DNA of 64,000 nucleotides from Oscillospiraceae bacterium (GTDB lineage Bacteria; Bacillota; Clostridia; Oscillospirales; UBA929): positions 87,608 to 151,607 of the forward strand of contig WRLU01000001.1 in the NCBI GenBank assembly GCA_009777475.1, given 5' to 3'. Positions 10,364-21,193 of this stretch are shown in pieces (the first letter of the stretch is position 1; every line of letters starts with the position of its first letter). Below the pieces are notes generated by a model. That model saw nothing but the letters and a program-made list of their open reading frames with translations, was not told the DNA's origin and ran no database searches. The position numbers and the translations under genes were made by a program.

Positions 10364-10863
10364 TGATACGCTTGGTTTCAGAATTGCCCATCGGGGTTTT
10401 GCATGAAAGGCTGCTGAGATTTTGCACACCCCTCGAAAAGGGTAATTTAAATAAAAAAAACGTCACGCTGCATAAAGGCAGTGCCTCACGATTTATGTTA
10501 GTGCAAAATGGTTCCTGCGGAAGAATGCGCCCCCTGAGAGTTTTCAAAGGTTGCATAGCGAAAAATAAAAAAGGTCAAACAGAAATAACCGGAGCATTCA
10601 GCATTTCGTTATTATCCGGCATACTGGTGACAATACCTGCCTTGCTGATTGTTTTTGGGGCGTTTGCCGTCTCTTCCCACTTAGGGTGGGTTAGCCGCTT
10701 AGTTTTTTGCCTATCGGCAGTATTCGGGGTTTCAATGGTTTTTTATTTCATGTCTCGTATGAGCAAATTTGCCGGAACAGATAACGACAAAAAGCTTTTG
10801 ATGTTTCTCAGTGAGAATATCGCAAAGGGAATTGACCCGCAAAAAAATGATGACACGACTTGA
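10360..10863 (+). CDS. hypothetical membrane protein (start uncertain)
   Basis: ATGA overlap with the upstream XRE gene. The C-terminal half has 2-3 TM helices. Alternative starts at 10495 or 10525. Confidence 0.4.
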   Translation: MMIRLVSELPIGVLHERLLRFCTPLEKGNLNKKNVTLHKGSASRFMLVQNGSCGRMRPLRVFKGCIAKNKKGQTEITGAFSISLLSGILVTIPALLIVFGAFAVSSHLGWVSRLVFCLSAVFGVSMVFYFMSRMSKFAGTDNDKKLLMFLSENIAKGIDPQKNDDTT

Positions 10864-11027
10864 CAGCAGTTTTGCCGTCTCTGCGTGTCAATTTCGTTTG
10901 CGGCTTAGGTCCTGCCTCCATAAGCCCCTCGGCACTCACGTTCCGGCAGATTTCCCCTTGCGCCTCGTTGGTTTTTTTTCACTAAACCCTAAGCCTATAG
11001 GGGTAGGTTCTTAATTTTCGGTGAGGT

Positions 11028-11912
11028 CTATTTTACTGCGATTTCTGCCGAGAATTTTTCGATCAATTTTACAGGATGGTATGAAAGCTTGGACTTTCGC
11101 AACCCTTCAACCCCAGTATCCTCTTCCCGATTGATATAGCGTACCTCATCGGTGGCGTATTGGCGGGCAAAGCTCTGTACCATCATGGGATATGCCCCAG
11201 GTATGCTTACATCACCCTTTTCTATGTGTACAAACAGTGTATCACCTACAATTTCCCCTGCGCTGACCGCCGCGATACGGTCATTTGCCGTCAGTATGCC
11301 AACGAGCATTCCGTGGTGCCCATCAGCTTTAAAGACCTCGCGGGTTTTGCGGTGTTCCTCTGCTGCCATTGCCGATTTGGGCGGCGTTTTAGAAAAATAA
11401 TGTTCAAGAAACTGCATAACATCATCTTGCATCCCCTCAATGGATGAATGAAACTGCCAGTTGGGATTCTCCCTGACAAAACGGTTGACATGGTTGCGCT
11501 GACCGTGGTATTTCCGTCCGCTGAATTCCCGCAGATCGCTGGAATTGTACAGATAATCAAATAAATCCCGATGGCAGGTATCCTTAATCAAAGCCCCATG
11601 CCCTCTCAGTATTCCTACGTCTTCCGCACACAGTGGCGATAATAGTACCGGGGATCTATTTGCGCAAAAGTCCAATAAAATGGGCAAGCTCCGGGCTAAA
11701 TCACCTCCTAAGGGCCGGGCGTATGCCTCGCGACCGCTATAACGCACCTTCAAGAAAAGGGTGTCATTGTATTCGGCATACTGTGTGCAAAAAAAATCTC
11801 GCCACATAATTAATGCACCAGGGGTATAATCACAAAACCGGCAATTAGATTGCAGAAGATATGGCCGTATGCGGATGAGATCCTGAGGCAATAAGGGAGC
11901 AAAGGTCAGCAT
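11028..11912 (-). CDS. DUF2156-like protein (phosphatidylglycerol lysyltransferase C-terminal-like fold)
   Basis: 294-aa ORF. The N-terminal pattern resembles the DUF2156 family as I remember it. Not verified. Confidence 0.5.
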   Translation of the reverse strand: MLTFAPLLPQDLIRIRPYLLQSNCRFCDYTPGALIMWRDFFCTQYAEYNDTLFLKVRYSGREAYARPLGGDLARSLPILLDFCANRSPVLLSPLCAEDVGILRGHGALIKDTCHRDLFDYLYNSSDLREFSGRKYHGQRNHVNRFVRENPNWQFHSSIEGMQDDVMQFLEHYFSKTPPKSAMAAEEHRKTREVFKADGHHGMLVGILTANDRIAAVSAGEIVGDTLFVHIEKGDVSIPGAYPMMVQSFARQYATDEVRYINREEDTGVEGLRKSKLSYHPVKLIEKFSAEIAVK

Positions 11913-12832
11913 AAATCATCGAACCCCTTGTTAATTTCAAATTTCTTCCCCTTTAGATATTCTAAGAAATCGGCTGATGTGCGAAAATTAAAAAGCAGGC
12001 TTGTGGCGCAAAGAGCCTGATGCCGCTTTCCGGAGTGGTTGTCCCTTCCGTACTTCCCATCTCCCAGTATAGGATGGCCGTGATGGGCACATTGAACTCG
12101 TATCTGGTGTGTTCTGCCGGTTATAAGGTAACATTCAAGTAAACAGAGTCCATGGCGAGTCTCGATGGTATTATACTCTAGCTCTGCTGTCCTTGCACCC
12201 TTTGTTAAGCCCTTACATACCGTTACCAGGCTTTGCCGCGCGTCTTTGTACAAAAAATCCCGCCAAATTCCCCGATTAGGCGATGGCGTTCCAAAGACAA
12301 CGGCACGGTAGGTTTTTCGGATTTCGCGCAGTGCGATTTTTTCTGTTAGAATACGCAATGCCGGGGCGGTTTTTGCCGCTAAAACCAGCCCTTCGGTTCC
12401 TCTGTCCAGCCTGTGGCACAGCGATGGGGTAAATACGTTTTCCTCTGCCGGGTTCCATTTTCCCCGGTCCAGAAGATAAGTCCTCATGGAAGACTCCAAG
12501 CTGTTATCCAATGGGATATTGGATTGGCTCAATAAACCGGGCGGTTTGTGTAAAACCAAGATATTATCGTCTTCATACACTACAATGGGCATTGGGGCGT
12601 TGCGATACAGCAGATAAGCTGGGGATTCTGGTTGCGGCTCATTGACATACAGCCGCAACTCATCGCCCGCGGTCAGCCGTACATCAGCCGGGCAGCGTTT
12701 GCCGTTGCGCTTGACATTTTTGGTGCGGAACGCTTTTTGAATTGCTGAAAATGGAATGTCTGCGGCGGCTTTTCGCAAAAAACGGTCAGCCCGCATATCT
12801 GCATCATTTGCCTTGATTACATATTGCCGCAT
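11906..12832 (-). CDS. RluA-family 23S rRNA pseudouridine synthase
   Basis: S4-like N-terminus and the catalytic HRLDRGTEG motif. Confidence 0.9.
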   Translation of the reverse strand: MRQYVIKANDADMRADRFLRKAAADIPFSAIQKAFRTKNVKRNGKRCPADVRLTAGDELRLYVNEPQPESPAYLLYRNAPMPIVVYEDDNILVLHKPPGLLSQSNIPLDNSLESSMRTYLLDRGKWNPAEENVFTPSLCHRLDRGTEGLVLAAKTAPALRILTEKIALREIRKTYRAVVFGTPSPNRGIWRDFLYKDARQSLVTVCKGLTKGARTAELEYNTIETRHGLCLLECYLITGRTHQIRVQCAHHGHPILGDGKYGRDNHSGKRHQALCATSLLFNFRTSADFLEYLKGKKFEINKGFDDLC

Positions 12833-12853
12833 AATTTTGTATCCCTTCCTAGC

Positions 12854-14512
12854 CTACACCTTCACAATTACAGGCAAAATCATTGGTTTTCTCCTGGTTT
12901 TAGCAATTACATGGGAGCCTAAAGAACTGCGGAGGCTTTGCTTAATTGCCGCCCAGTCTGTATTACGGCGGCTCACGGATTTTTCAATCGTTTCAATTGT
13001 TAATTGCCGCAGCTCTTCTATGGTTCCCTCTGCCTCTTTATTAAGCGCAAAGCCCCGGGTGATTATATCCGGGCCTGAAATAATAGAGGAACAATCACAA
13101 GCCATAGCTAAAACCACCATGATTAGTCCATCATTTGCTAGATGCTGGCGATCACGCAGAATAACGCCGGCAACATCCCCTATGCCCATACCATCAACTA
13201 AAATCTGGCCCGCCTGTACGGCTGTGCCTAAACGGATTCCTCTCTCGGAAAATTCAATTGGTCGCCCTAATTCAGGGATAAGCATACGATTCGGGTCATG
13301 TCCCATTGAGGATGCCAGGCCAATATGGGCTTTGAGCATACGATATTCCCCATGTACCGGGATGAAATACTTAGGTTTTACCAGTGCTAAAATCAATTTA
13401 AGCTCTTCTTGGCATGCGTGACCCGAAACGTGCACATCTGCTAATTTTTCGTAAATCACCTCGCAGTTGCGCCGCAAAAGCTCGTTGACCAGCTTGCCGA
13501 CCGTTTTTTCGTTTCCCGGCACGGGCGATGCCGAGATTATTACACGGTCATCCTGGCCTAAATCTACCTGCCTGTGTGCCCCGAATGCCATTCTGTGCAA
13601 TGCAGACATGGGTTCGCCCTGACTGCCAGTGGTTATTATACAAACCTTGTCTTTAGGAAAGCTCTTAACCTGCGGCAATTCTATAATAGTATCAGGCGGA
13701 ATATTAATATAGTCAAGCTGAATGGATACTCTTAAAATATTTTCCATACTTCTTCCTGTAATAGCCACACGCCGCCCGGAGGCTATTGCGGCGTTGATTA
13801 TTTGCTGAAGCCTATGAACATTGGAGGCGAAGGTGGTAACTACAATTCTTTTGTCGCAGCCATTGAAAAGATTCAGCAGTGCCTCGCCCACGCGTTTTTC
13901 GCTCATGGCGTACCCCGGACGTTCGACATTAGTTGAGTCAGACAAAAGAGCTAAAACACCCTTGCTGCCCAAATGCCCCAATCTCGCTAAATCAATCATG
14001 GCACCATCAACCGGGGTAGAGTCTATCTTGAAATCTCCCATATGCACAACCATTCCGGCAGGGGTGCCTATACCAAGGGCCACCGCTCCGGCTATTGAAT
14101 GGTTAACATGGATAAACTCGACCGTAAAGCATCCGGTGCGCACAGCCATGCCCGGCTCTATACAGCACAAATCAACCTTATGCAATAACCCTGCCTCGTC
14201 AAGCTTAACCTCCAATAATCCCGCGGTCAGGCGAGTACAGTAGATGGGGCAGGAAATTTCCTTCATCAAAAAACTAACCGCCCCTATATGGTCTTCATGC
14301 CCATGTGTGATACACAAGGCGCGTATGCGGCTAATATTTTTTATTAGCCAGGCAAAATCGGGGATAACAATATCAACCCCGAACATATCGTCTTCTGGAA
14401 AAGACAGGCCGCAGTCCACTAAAATAATATCAGCACCATATTCGTACACAGTTAAATTTTTACCAATTTCACCAATTCCTCCCAAGGGGATAATTCTCAA
14501 TTTTGGAACCAT
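12854..14512 (-). CDS. rnj: ribonuclease J
   Basis: Metallo-beta-lactamase HGHEDHIGA motif, beta-CASP domain and RNase J C-terminal domain. 552 aa. Confidence 0.95.
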   Translation of the reverse strand: MVPKLRIIPLGGIGEIGKNLTVYEYGADIILVDCGLSFPEDDMFGVDIVIPDFAWLIKNISRIRALCITHGHEDHIGAVSFLMKEISCPIYCTRLTAGLLEVKLDEAGLLHKVDLCCIEPGMAVRTGCFTVEFIHVNHSIAGAVALGIGTPAGMVVHMGDFKIDSTPVDGAMIDLARLGHLGSKGVLALLSDSTNVERPGYAMSEKRVGEALLNLFNGCDKRIVVTTFASNVHRLQQIINAAIASGRRVAITGRSMENILRVSIQLDYINIPPDTIIELPQVKSFPKDKVCIITTGSQGEPMSALHRMAFGAHRQVDLGQDDRVIISASPVPGNEKTVGKLVNELLRRNCEVIYEKLADVHVSGHACQEELKLILALVKPKYFIPVHGEYRMLKAHIGLASSMGHDPNRMLIPELGRPIEFSERGIRLGTAVQAGQILVDGMGIGDVAGVILRDRQHLANDGLIMVVLAMACDCSSIISGPDIITRGFALNKEAEGTIEELRQLTIETIEKSVSRRNTDWAAIKQSLRSSLGSHVIAKTRRKPMILPVIVKV

Positions 14513-14680
14513 GCTTAATCTATCACTCCTTTAAAATTATTTATATTAACACGCAATAATACGTGTAAGACACAACGCATATGTACACGGCTCACGCTGA
14601 CGCAAGCCGCCGGGAATACAAAACGCATATTCCATCCACACTACTATAACATAAACTTTTCAAAAAGCCAAGCAAAAATT

Positions 14681-16963
14681 TCAGGGATTTATTTTTAGAT
14701 CGGCGGCATGAGCTTTTTTTTCAAATTCTACACAAATTTCCTGGGCGGCTTCCTGGCTCATGCCCTCGGCGGCAATAGAGAGGGCACTTCTATCTGCCAA
14801 AGGGCTTACCCTTACCCAGCCGTTGCTTGTTTTTGTGTGAAACCCTTCATATAACTCTGCATGATCGACTTGCTCCAAAAGCTCCCTCATAACCTGGCCT
14901 CTGTCTTTGTCAAGGAGAATTTCTCTTTCTGCAAAATGGAAATTCGGCAGCTTCGACTCTAACTGCCCGGCAGTTAAGCCCAGTTTTCTCAAGGCGTAGC
15001 TTAGGCGTACCGCTAAACATATAGGATCATGCATATAGGCTTGACTTGCCAGAAGTGTCCGGGCATCCTGGCCGTCCCTGCCTATCCGTTTGACAGACCT
15101 TACACCATGCTCCCTGGCAGTTACCTCGGCGGAGGCCGGGGCGTCGCAGGGCAGTGCCAGCTCTTGGCTCCCGCAGAGAGCCTCCGCCAGAGCCATCATT
15201 GCTATCAGCCGTGGCATTTTAATTTTTCCATCTAATTCAAGCATCAGCCCATCATCGTCAATCTGCAAAAGAACTCCCCCATTTGCGGCACACCCTGCCT
15301 GAGTCAGTGCCATCCTCAAAATCTCTGGAGCCTGGCCGGTGCCTGGAACACTAAAGTCAAGCGGTGGAGCGGCAGCAGATGCCCATCCGGGCGGTTTAGA
15401 TGCTGTGTGAGCGTATAAGCCCGGCAGCCCGCTTGTTTTTTTAGAATCCGGGATCTTCTGCCAATCGGCAAGCTGAACATCACCGCGCAAAACATTTGAC
15501 TCAATTTTTCTTTCTAGCTCCCGCCTTATGGGCATGCCGTCTTTTTCAAAGAAGTATATGGTAATCCCACTGCCCTTTTGGTTAATAAATATAGTAAGCG
15601 GGATCCGGTACAGCCCTCCGCAAAATCCGGCGCAACCCGGAGTTTGGGCATCGGTAATCAAGGGGCGGGTTCCGGCGGCTGCCAAACCAACCTCGATGGC
15701 TCCCGCTAAAACCTTTGCCGCTTGCCCACCATGCCAGGACAGTGCGGCATCGTCCCTTGCAGCTGTTCCCGCCGCAAGACCTACGCGCAAGCAAAAGTCA
15801 GGCGAAATGTCAGTATAAGACAGCCCTTGTATACGCCCCTGGTTAAACAATGAATCTCGGTAGGCTGAATCCCGGTTAACAGAGCCTGAAACCCTTGCTC
15901 CCTGCGCGATCTTTTTTTTCGGCCATATACGCGCTGATTCGGTAAGGATGCTCCTTGCTCCGGCATATGCCCCCGAGCCAAGCACCGCCCCCTGAAGTGC
16001 AGTTGACTGAGTACCCAAAACCGCGCCTTTTCCTATATATGCTCCCTGGCATCTCGCCTCTTTTTCCAAAATACCGCCGGCAATTACACATGACTCGGCA
16101 ATCGCCCCATCATCTAAAATACTTCCCTCGCCGATAACAGAATAAGGCCCAACCGTAACATTTTTTCCAAACCGTACATCTGTAGCTATATAACATGGGG
16201 GGGCAACAGCTACATCTTCCGGGGCTGTGGCTTGCGGCGGTAAATTGAGAGTTATCTGTTTGTCTAAAATATCATGACAGCATTTCAGGTATGCTGAGCT
16301 GTCGCCCATATCGCACCAATAACCCTCAGCGGTGAACCCGAGCAAATGCAATCCCTCTTTCAGCATTTTTGGAAAGAGATCCCTTGCGAAATCATATGGC
16401 GTGCCTTGAGGAATCATTCCCATAGCATTGGGGGACAATATATAAATCCCGGTATTGACTGCATCTGAAAAAACCTGCCCCCAAGAAGGCTTTTCGATAA
16501 AACCCTGAACCCTTTCATTTTTGTCGAGCATAACAAGCCCATATTCCAAAAGCTCTTTTTGCCGGCTCAAAATAATGGTAACGTCAGCTTTTTTTTCGTT
16601 ATGCCGGGCTAGTGCGGCGGAAAGGTCAAAATCCGTGACACCATCGCCAGAGAGTACTAAAATGGGTTCATCAGTCTCCCCGGGCAGGGCGGCCTTGACG
16701 CCTCCCGCCGTTCCCAGAGGAGTTTTTTCCACACTGTAACGTATTGAAACGCCGAATTTAGCACCGGAACCGAAATAATCTTTAATTTGCTGGGCCATTG
16801 TACCTAATGTCACGGTAATATCATCAAAGCCATGACCCTTCAACAGTTCTATGCCGTATTCCATAACCGGTTTATCAAAGAGCTCCACCAGCGGCTTGGG
16901 ACAGTCCGCGCTTATTGGACGCAAACGGGTTCCTTCGCCGCCTGCAAGCAATACTGCTTTCAT
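14681..16963 (-). CDS. bifunctional sugar-phosphate nucleotidyltransferase / phosphomannomutase-like protein
   Basis: N-terminal LAGGEGTRLRP nucleotidyltransferase motif, a left-handed beta-helix middle region and a PGM/PMM-like C-terminal half. Confidence 0.8.
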   Translation of the reverse strand: MKAVLLAGGEGTRLRPISADCPKPLVELFDKPVMEYGIELLKGHGFDDITVTLGTMAQQIKDYFGSGAKFGVSIRYSVEKTPLGTAGGVKAALPGETDEPILVLSGDGVTDFDLSAALARHNEKKADVTIILSRQKELLEYGLVMLDKNERVQGFIEKPSWGQVFSDAVNTGIYILSPNAMGMIPQGTPYDFARDLFPKMLKEGLHLLGFTAEGYWCDMGDSSAYLKCCHDILDKQITLNLPPQATAPEDVAVAPPCYIATDVRFGKNVTVGPYSVIGEGSILDDGAIAESCVIAGGILEKEARCQGAYIGKGAVLGTQSTALQGAVLGSGAYAGARSILTESARIWPKKKIAQGARVSGSVNRDSAYRDSLFNQGRIQGLSYTDISPDFCLRVGLAAGTAARDDAALSWHGGQAAKVLAGAIEVGLAAAGTRPLITDAQTPGCAGFCGGLYRIPLTIFINQKGSGITIYFFEKDGMPIRRELERKIESNVLRGDVQLADWQKIPDSKKTSGLPGLYAHTASKPPGWASAAAPPLDFSVPGTGQAPEILRMALTQAGCAANGGVLLQIDDDGLMLELDGKIKMPRLIAMMALAEALCGSQELALPCDAPASAEVTAREHGVRSVKRIGRDGQDARTLLASQAYMHDPICLAVRLSYALRKLGLTAGQLESKLPNFHFAEREILLDKDRGQVMRELLEQVDHAELYEGFHTKTSNGWVRVSPLADRSALSIAAEGMSQEAAQEICVEFEKKAHAADLKINP

Positions 16964-17160
16964 ATGGCACTGTACATTCCTTTCACTTTGGCTTATAAAT
17001 CTTTAGTATAGACAAAATTCTAAAAAATATAATTCATGTGGGCGGGTTTGTATATTTGCAGGCAATTAACACAAAATAAGCCTCCGCGAATCACAATTAT
17101 TGCAAAATGGCCAAGCAATAAATTTACGTGTTAAGGTCAGAGGCATAAGGAGGACGATAA

Positions 17161-17595
17161 ATGACTGAATTTTCAGTTTGGGGCGGCAATGATGGGATTT
17201 TGTCCTTCCTGCGTTCTGCCGCACCGGAGGTTGCATGGTGTAATGAAAACAGCCGAGCCTACGCTTTGGTTGTTCTGCCGGGCGCGGCGGCTGTACCTGA
17301 AACAGCCGTACACACGGCGGTCATTCCATCTCATCTGCCGGTAACCGCCAAGCAGGTAATTACCTATGGTTTAGGGCAGGCAAGCACCCTTACCCTTTCC
17401 AGCTTCCGTGAGGATGGGTGTATGATTTCACTGCAGCGGGATATTGTCACCATCTCAGGGGAAAAGCTGTTAAGGCAGGAAATACCATTGCCACCCAGCG
17501 ATAACCCGGACCTGCTCTTATCGCTTTGCGGGACACTGCTCGCGGCAGGGGCAGCCCCCGAATTTAATGGTTTTGAATTTATTGGCAGTTGTTGA
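17161..17595 (+). CDS. hypothetical protein
   Basis: 144-aa ORF with a GGAGGA SD. The stop abuts the next gene. No family recognised. Confidence 0.5.
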   Translation: MTEFSVWGGNDGILSFLRSAAPEVAWCNENSRAYALVVLPGAAAVPETAVHTAVIPSHLPVTAKQVITYGLGQASTLTLSSFREDGCMISLQRDIVTISGEKLLRQEIPLPPSDNPDLLLSLCGTLLAAGAAPEFNGFEFIGSC

Positions 17596-18258
17596 ATGGC
17601 GGCAGGCGGGCATAATAGCGGCGGGATGGTGATAAAATTGAAGCAATCATTTAAAATTCCTATTTTTCTTATTTTGTTTGCCCTGCTGCTGCCTGCCCCC
17701 GTAATTGCCGCACCGGCTGTGTATACCGTCAGGGCAGGCGATTCACTCTGGAAAATAGCTGTGGCATATGAGATTGGGCTATCTGAAATTAAAGCCGCAA
17801 ATCCTCAAATCAAAAGCTTTGACTTGATTTATCCCGGTGATAAAATTAATATTCCAGAGGCATCATCGCTTAAATCGCTTGAAGAAGAGGTAATCCGCCT
17901 TGTAAATTCCGAACGGTCAGGCAGGGGCCTGCCTGCGCTGACTGCCCACTGGGAGCTGTCTCGTGTTGCACGCTATAAGTCTCAGGATATGATTGACAAA
18001 AAATATTTTTCCCACGACTCGCCAACGTATGGCTCACCCTTTAAAATGATTGAGTCATTTGGCATCAAGTATACCGCTGCCGCGGAGAATATTGCTTATG
18101 GACAGAGAACTCCTGCGGATGTTATGAAAAGCTGGATGAACTCACCGGGGCACCGCTCTAATATTTTGTCTGCAAATGTAACTCATATTGGTGTAGGTGC
18201 AGCCAAAGCGGGCAACGGAACGCTTTACTGGACACAAATGTTTATACGACCACGATAG
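17596..18258 (+). CDS. secreted LysM domain + CAP/SCP (YkwD-like) domain protein
   Basis: Signal peptide, a LysM domain (YTVRAGDSLWKIA...IYPGDKINIP) and a CAP domain (GHRSNIL, YWTQMF). The start may be M11 at 17626. Confidence 0.85.
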   Translation: MAAGGHNSGGMVIKLKQSFKIPIFLILFALLLPAPVIAAPAVYTVRAGDSLWKIAVAYEIGLSEIKAANPQIKSFDLIYPGDKINIPEASSLKSLEEEVIRLVNSERSGRGLPALTAHWELSRVARYKSQDMIDKKYFSHDSPTYGSPFKMIESFGIKYTAAAENIAYGQRTPADVMKSWMNSPGHRSNILSANVTHIGVGAAKAGNGTLYWTQMFIRPR

Positions 18259-18541
18259 CGCGATAGCCTTATATGAAAAGCCTTAAAAATTAACCCCTTA
18301 ACCCCAATTGAAACGCTAATTGTCCAAGGCTCTAGAAATGTTCCATTGTTTGGAGTAACCTGACAAAATGTTTTTTTGCTAAGAAAACAAGTCATAGAGG
18401 TTATCCGAACAATGGAACAAAACAATTGTATCACAGCGGGAAAAACACAAGCACATTTTGCGGAACGACAGATACATAAATCCAGGATTCGGGACAATTA
18501 AAGTTTCAACTGCCCCGGACACATCGTCTGAAAAAAAGTAG

Positions 18542-18570
18542 TTGACGAGGATGCATATATGTGTTATACT
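18542..18570 (+). promoter_or_regulatory. sigma-A type promoter upstream of rpmG-secE-nusG
   Basis: TTGACG (18542-18547), 17-nt spacer, TATACT (18565-18570). Confidence 0.55.
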
Positions 18571-18664
18571 TCCCCTTGCCTGAGAGAGGTTCTTTTTTTG
18601 TCGCTTGGTTTCATAAGGATTCTCCAGGGGTTTTAGTAAGAAGTACTAGGGAGGTGCCGTCGCC

Positions 18665-18814
18665 ATGCGGGTAAGAATTACTTTAGCTTGTTCGGAGTGC
18701 AAGCAGAGAAATTACGATACCATGAAAAACAAAAAAAACGACCCCGACCGTTTAGAAATGAACAAATACTGTCGTTTTTGCCGCAAACATACCCCTCATA
18801 AAGAATCTAAATGA
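18665..18814 (+). CDS. rpmG: 50S ribosomal protein L33 (below the ORF-track size cutoff)
   Basis: My own translation is [57 protein letters not shown], and the canonical position before secE. Confidence 0.9.
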   Translation: MRVRITLACSECKQRNYDTMKNKKNDPDRLEMNKYCRFCRKHTPHKESK

Positions 18815-18863
18815 TAAGATGCACAAATATGGGGACTACAGGTCGAGAAGGATGTGAATCGCT

Positions 18864-19145
18864 GTGAGTGAAAAAAATAATCAAAACGAACGGGGGCTTG
18901 AAGCCACAGGCAGGGCTGAAAAGAAGCCTGAAAAAAAATCTGAGAAGCCTTCCTTGCCAATACGTGTCAGACGTTGGTTCAGGGAGATGCAGGTTGAACT
19001 TAAAAAGGTTGTTTGGCCCACCCGTAAACAACTCGTTAACAATACCATCATTGTTGTTGTGGCCGTAGTAATTGTCAGTGCCGCAATCGGGGTGCTTGAC
19101 TACCTTTTCCTCAGGATTTTGAATTTGCTGAGAGAAACGTTCTAG
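18864..19145 (+). CDS. secE: preprotein translocase subunit SecE
   Basis: Conserved ELKKVVWPTRKQ segment plus a single TM helix. K/E-rich N-terminal extension and GTG start. Confidence 0.85.
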   Translation: MSEKNNQNERGLEATGRAEKKPEKKSEKPSLPIRVRRWFREMQVELKKVVWPTRKQLVNNTIIVVVAVVIVSAAIGVLDYLFLRILNLLRETF

Positions 19146-19188
19146 GGTGCCTCTGGGCGGATATCTCCGAGAGAAAGGGTCAGTGAAA

Positions 19189-19710
19189 ATGTCAGATAAT
19201 TCTAATTGGTATGTTGTCCATACCTATTCTGGTTATGAAAAAAAAGTTGCCGCTACCATTGAAAAAGCAGTGGAAAACCTCAGGTTACATGATTATATTT
19301 TTGATGTCAGCGTGCCAACTGAAGAGGTCACCGAAATTACGGAGGTCAACAAGAAAAAAGTTGTGGAGCGCAAGCTTTTCCCGGGGTATGTTTTGGTTAA
19401 AATGATACTGACTGACCAAAGCTGGCATGCGGTACGAAATACCCGGGGTGTCACAGGCTTTGTCGGTCCCGGTGGCAAGCCTATTCCCCTTACCGATGCT
19501 GAAGTTTCTGCCCTCGGGGTGGAAAAACGTGAAATTGTCGTACCATACAAGGAAGGCGACAGTGTTACCATTGCCGATGGCCCCCTTCAAAGCTTTATAG
19601 GCATAGTCGAGGAAATCGACTTTGACAAGAATATTGTCCGTGTAGTTGTGTCAATGTTCGGAAGGGAAACCCCGGTCGAATTGGAGTTAGACCAGGTGGA
19701 ACCAATCTAA
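19189..19710 (+). CDS. nusG: transcription termination/antitermination factor NusG
   Basis: WYVVHTYSGYE NGN domain and C-terminal KOW domain. ATG 19189 follows a GAAAGGG SD. Confidence 0.95.
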   Translation: MSDNSNWYVVHTYSGYEKKVAATIEKAVENLRLHDYIFDVSVPTEEVTEITEVNKKKVVERKLFPGYVLVKMILTDQSWHAVRNTRGVTGFVGPGGKPIPLTDAEVSALGVEKREIVVPYKEGDSVTIADGPLQSFIGIVEEIDFDKNIVRVVVSMFGRETPVELELDQVEPI

Positions 19711-19814
19711 GTTAATGCAAGATAAGCGGGTAATTCTGCTTTCTTAAATATGTGGGAGAAGCTTCGCCAAAGCTTTGCCAACACCACAACCTAAACTATG
19801 GGAGGAAAAAAATC

Positions 19815-20240
19815 ATGGCACAAAAAGTTATCGGCTTTATCAAATTGCAAATCCCCGCCGGCAAAGCAACGCCGGCACCGCCTATTGGCCCCGCCTTGGG
19901 TCAGCACGGCGTTAACATCATGGCATTCACAAAGGAATTTAATGAGCGTACAAAAAATGACGTTGGTTTGGTCATTCCGGTTGTAATTACCGTTTACGCC
20001 GATAGAAGCTTCACCTTCATCACCAAAACGCCGCCCGCCGCAGTGCTTGTTAAGAAGGCCTGCAAGATCGAAAAAGCCTCCGGCGTCCCCAACAGGGAAA
20101 AGGTCGCAACAATCAGCAAGGAAGACATTAAAAAAATCGCGGAACAGAAAATGGCCGACCTCAATGCCGCTTCAATAGAGGCCGCCGAGTCGATGATTGC
20201 CGGTACAGCTCGTAGTATGGGCGTTACCGTAGCGGAATAA
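19815..20240 (+). CDS. rplK: 50S ribosomal protein L11
   Basis: Translation [44 protein letters not shown]. Confidence 0.95.
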   Translation: MAQKVIGFIKLQIPAGKATPAPPIGPALGQHGVNIMAFTKEFNERTKNDVGLVIPVVITVYADRSFTFITKTPPAAVLVKKACKIEKASGVPNREKVATISKEDIKKIAEQKMADLNAASIEAAESMIAGTARSMGVTVAE

Positions 20241-20253
20241 GGGGGGTCGTGTT

Positions 20254-20949
20254 ATGTTTCGTGGAAAAAAATATCAAGATTCGATAAAGCTGATTGACCG
20301 TACAGTGCAATACGACATGGAAGATGCTTTCGGATTGGCACTTAAATCAGCCAAGGCCAAATTTGATGAGACAATAGAGGTTCATGTGCGCCTGGGCGTT
20401 GACTCTCGTCACGCAGACCAGCAGGTTCGCGGCAATATCGTTTTGCCGCATGGAACGGGCAAGGTTAATCGTGTTTTGGTTTTTGCCAAGGGTGACAATG
20501 CCAAAACCGCCGAGGATGCCGGCGCGGATTTTGTGGGTGCCGAGGATATGGTTGCCCGAATTCAGAACGAGAACTTTTTTGATTACGATGTTATCGTGGC
20601 TACTCCCGATATGATGGGCTTAGTTGGTCGTTTAGGCAAGGTTTTAGGCCCCAAGGGTCTTATGCCCAACCCCAAGGCCGGAACAGTTACCAATGATGTG
20701 ACACGTGCCATATCGGAGATTAAAGCGGGTAAGGTTGAGTACCGTCTTGATAAAACAAATATCGTTCACTGCCCCCTGGGCAAGGTTAGCTTTGGAGAAC
20801 AAAAGCTTTTGGAGAATTTCGAAGCTCTGCTCCGTGCCATTATAAAGTCCAAGCCCGCCGCCGCCAAGGGTCAGTATATCCGCTCATGCGTCATTTCACC
20901 GACAATGGGCCCCGGTATCAAGGTAAGCACCGCTAGGCTGATGACCTAA
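20254..20949 (+). CDS. rplA: 50S ribosomal protein L1
   Basis: 231-aa ORF with typical L1 sequence (GKKY..., [18 protein letters not shown]). Confidence 0.95.
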   Translation: MFRGKKYQDSIKLIDRTVQYDMEDAFGLALKSAKAKFDETIEVHVRLGVDSRHADQQVRGNIVLPHGTGKVNRVLVFAKGDNAKTAEDAGADFVGAEDMVARIQNENFFDYDVIVATPDMMGLVGRLGKVLGPKGLMPNPKAGTVTNDVTRAISEIKAGKVEYRLDKTNIVHCPLGKVSFGEQKLLENFEALLRAIIKSKPAAAKGQYIRSCVISPTMGPGIKVSTARLMT

Positions 20950-20968
20950 TTGAGAATATATAGATTAT

Positions 20969-21133
20969 CCCGCGCTAGATGTCCGCATGCATAGCCGGGG
21001 CGCGACTGCCACTTTACAAAGCCGCAGTCTACACTTGCCTTTTTATCAAGCCTGTGATTTTTGCTCACAGACTGCCCATAATTGCAGCCCTTACACTTTT
21101 TTGTCTCGTTGTGTTTGCTGGCAGTAGCGCGGG
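20969..21133 (+). other. orphan structured non-coding region downstream of rplA (candidate ncRNA or leader relic)
   Basis: Long-range pairing of CCCGCGCTA (20969-20977) with TAGCGCGGG (21125-21133), and of CTGCCA (21006-21011) with TGGCAG (21119-21124). Internal hairpin CTGTGA/TCACAG at 21052-21070. Confidence 0.35.
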
Positions 21134-21160
21134 TGTACCGTACGAAAAATTGAGACACTC

Positions 21161-21193
21161 AAAACGGTGATGGCCCCCCGGCCACACCGTTTT
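21161..21193 (+). terminator. intrinsic terminator ending the rplKA unit (palindromic, possibly bidirectional)
   Basis: AAAACGGTG..GGCC-CCCC-GGCC..CACCGTTTT followed by a T-run. Confidence 0.7.

Noticed and set aside
20979-21170. 63-aa hydrophobic ORF in the region after rplA.
   Set aside because: It has no SD, and the sequence is better explained by extensive RNA pairing. It remains a formal alternative in the corresponding finding.
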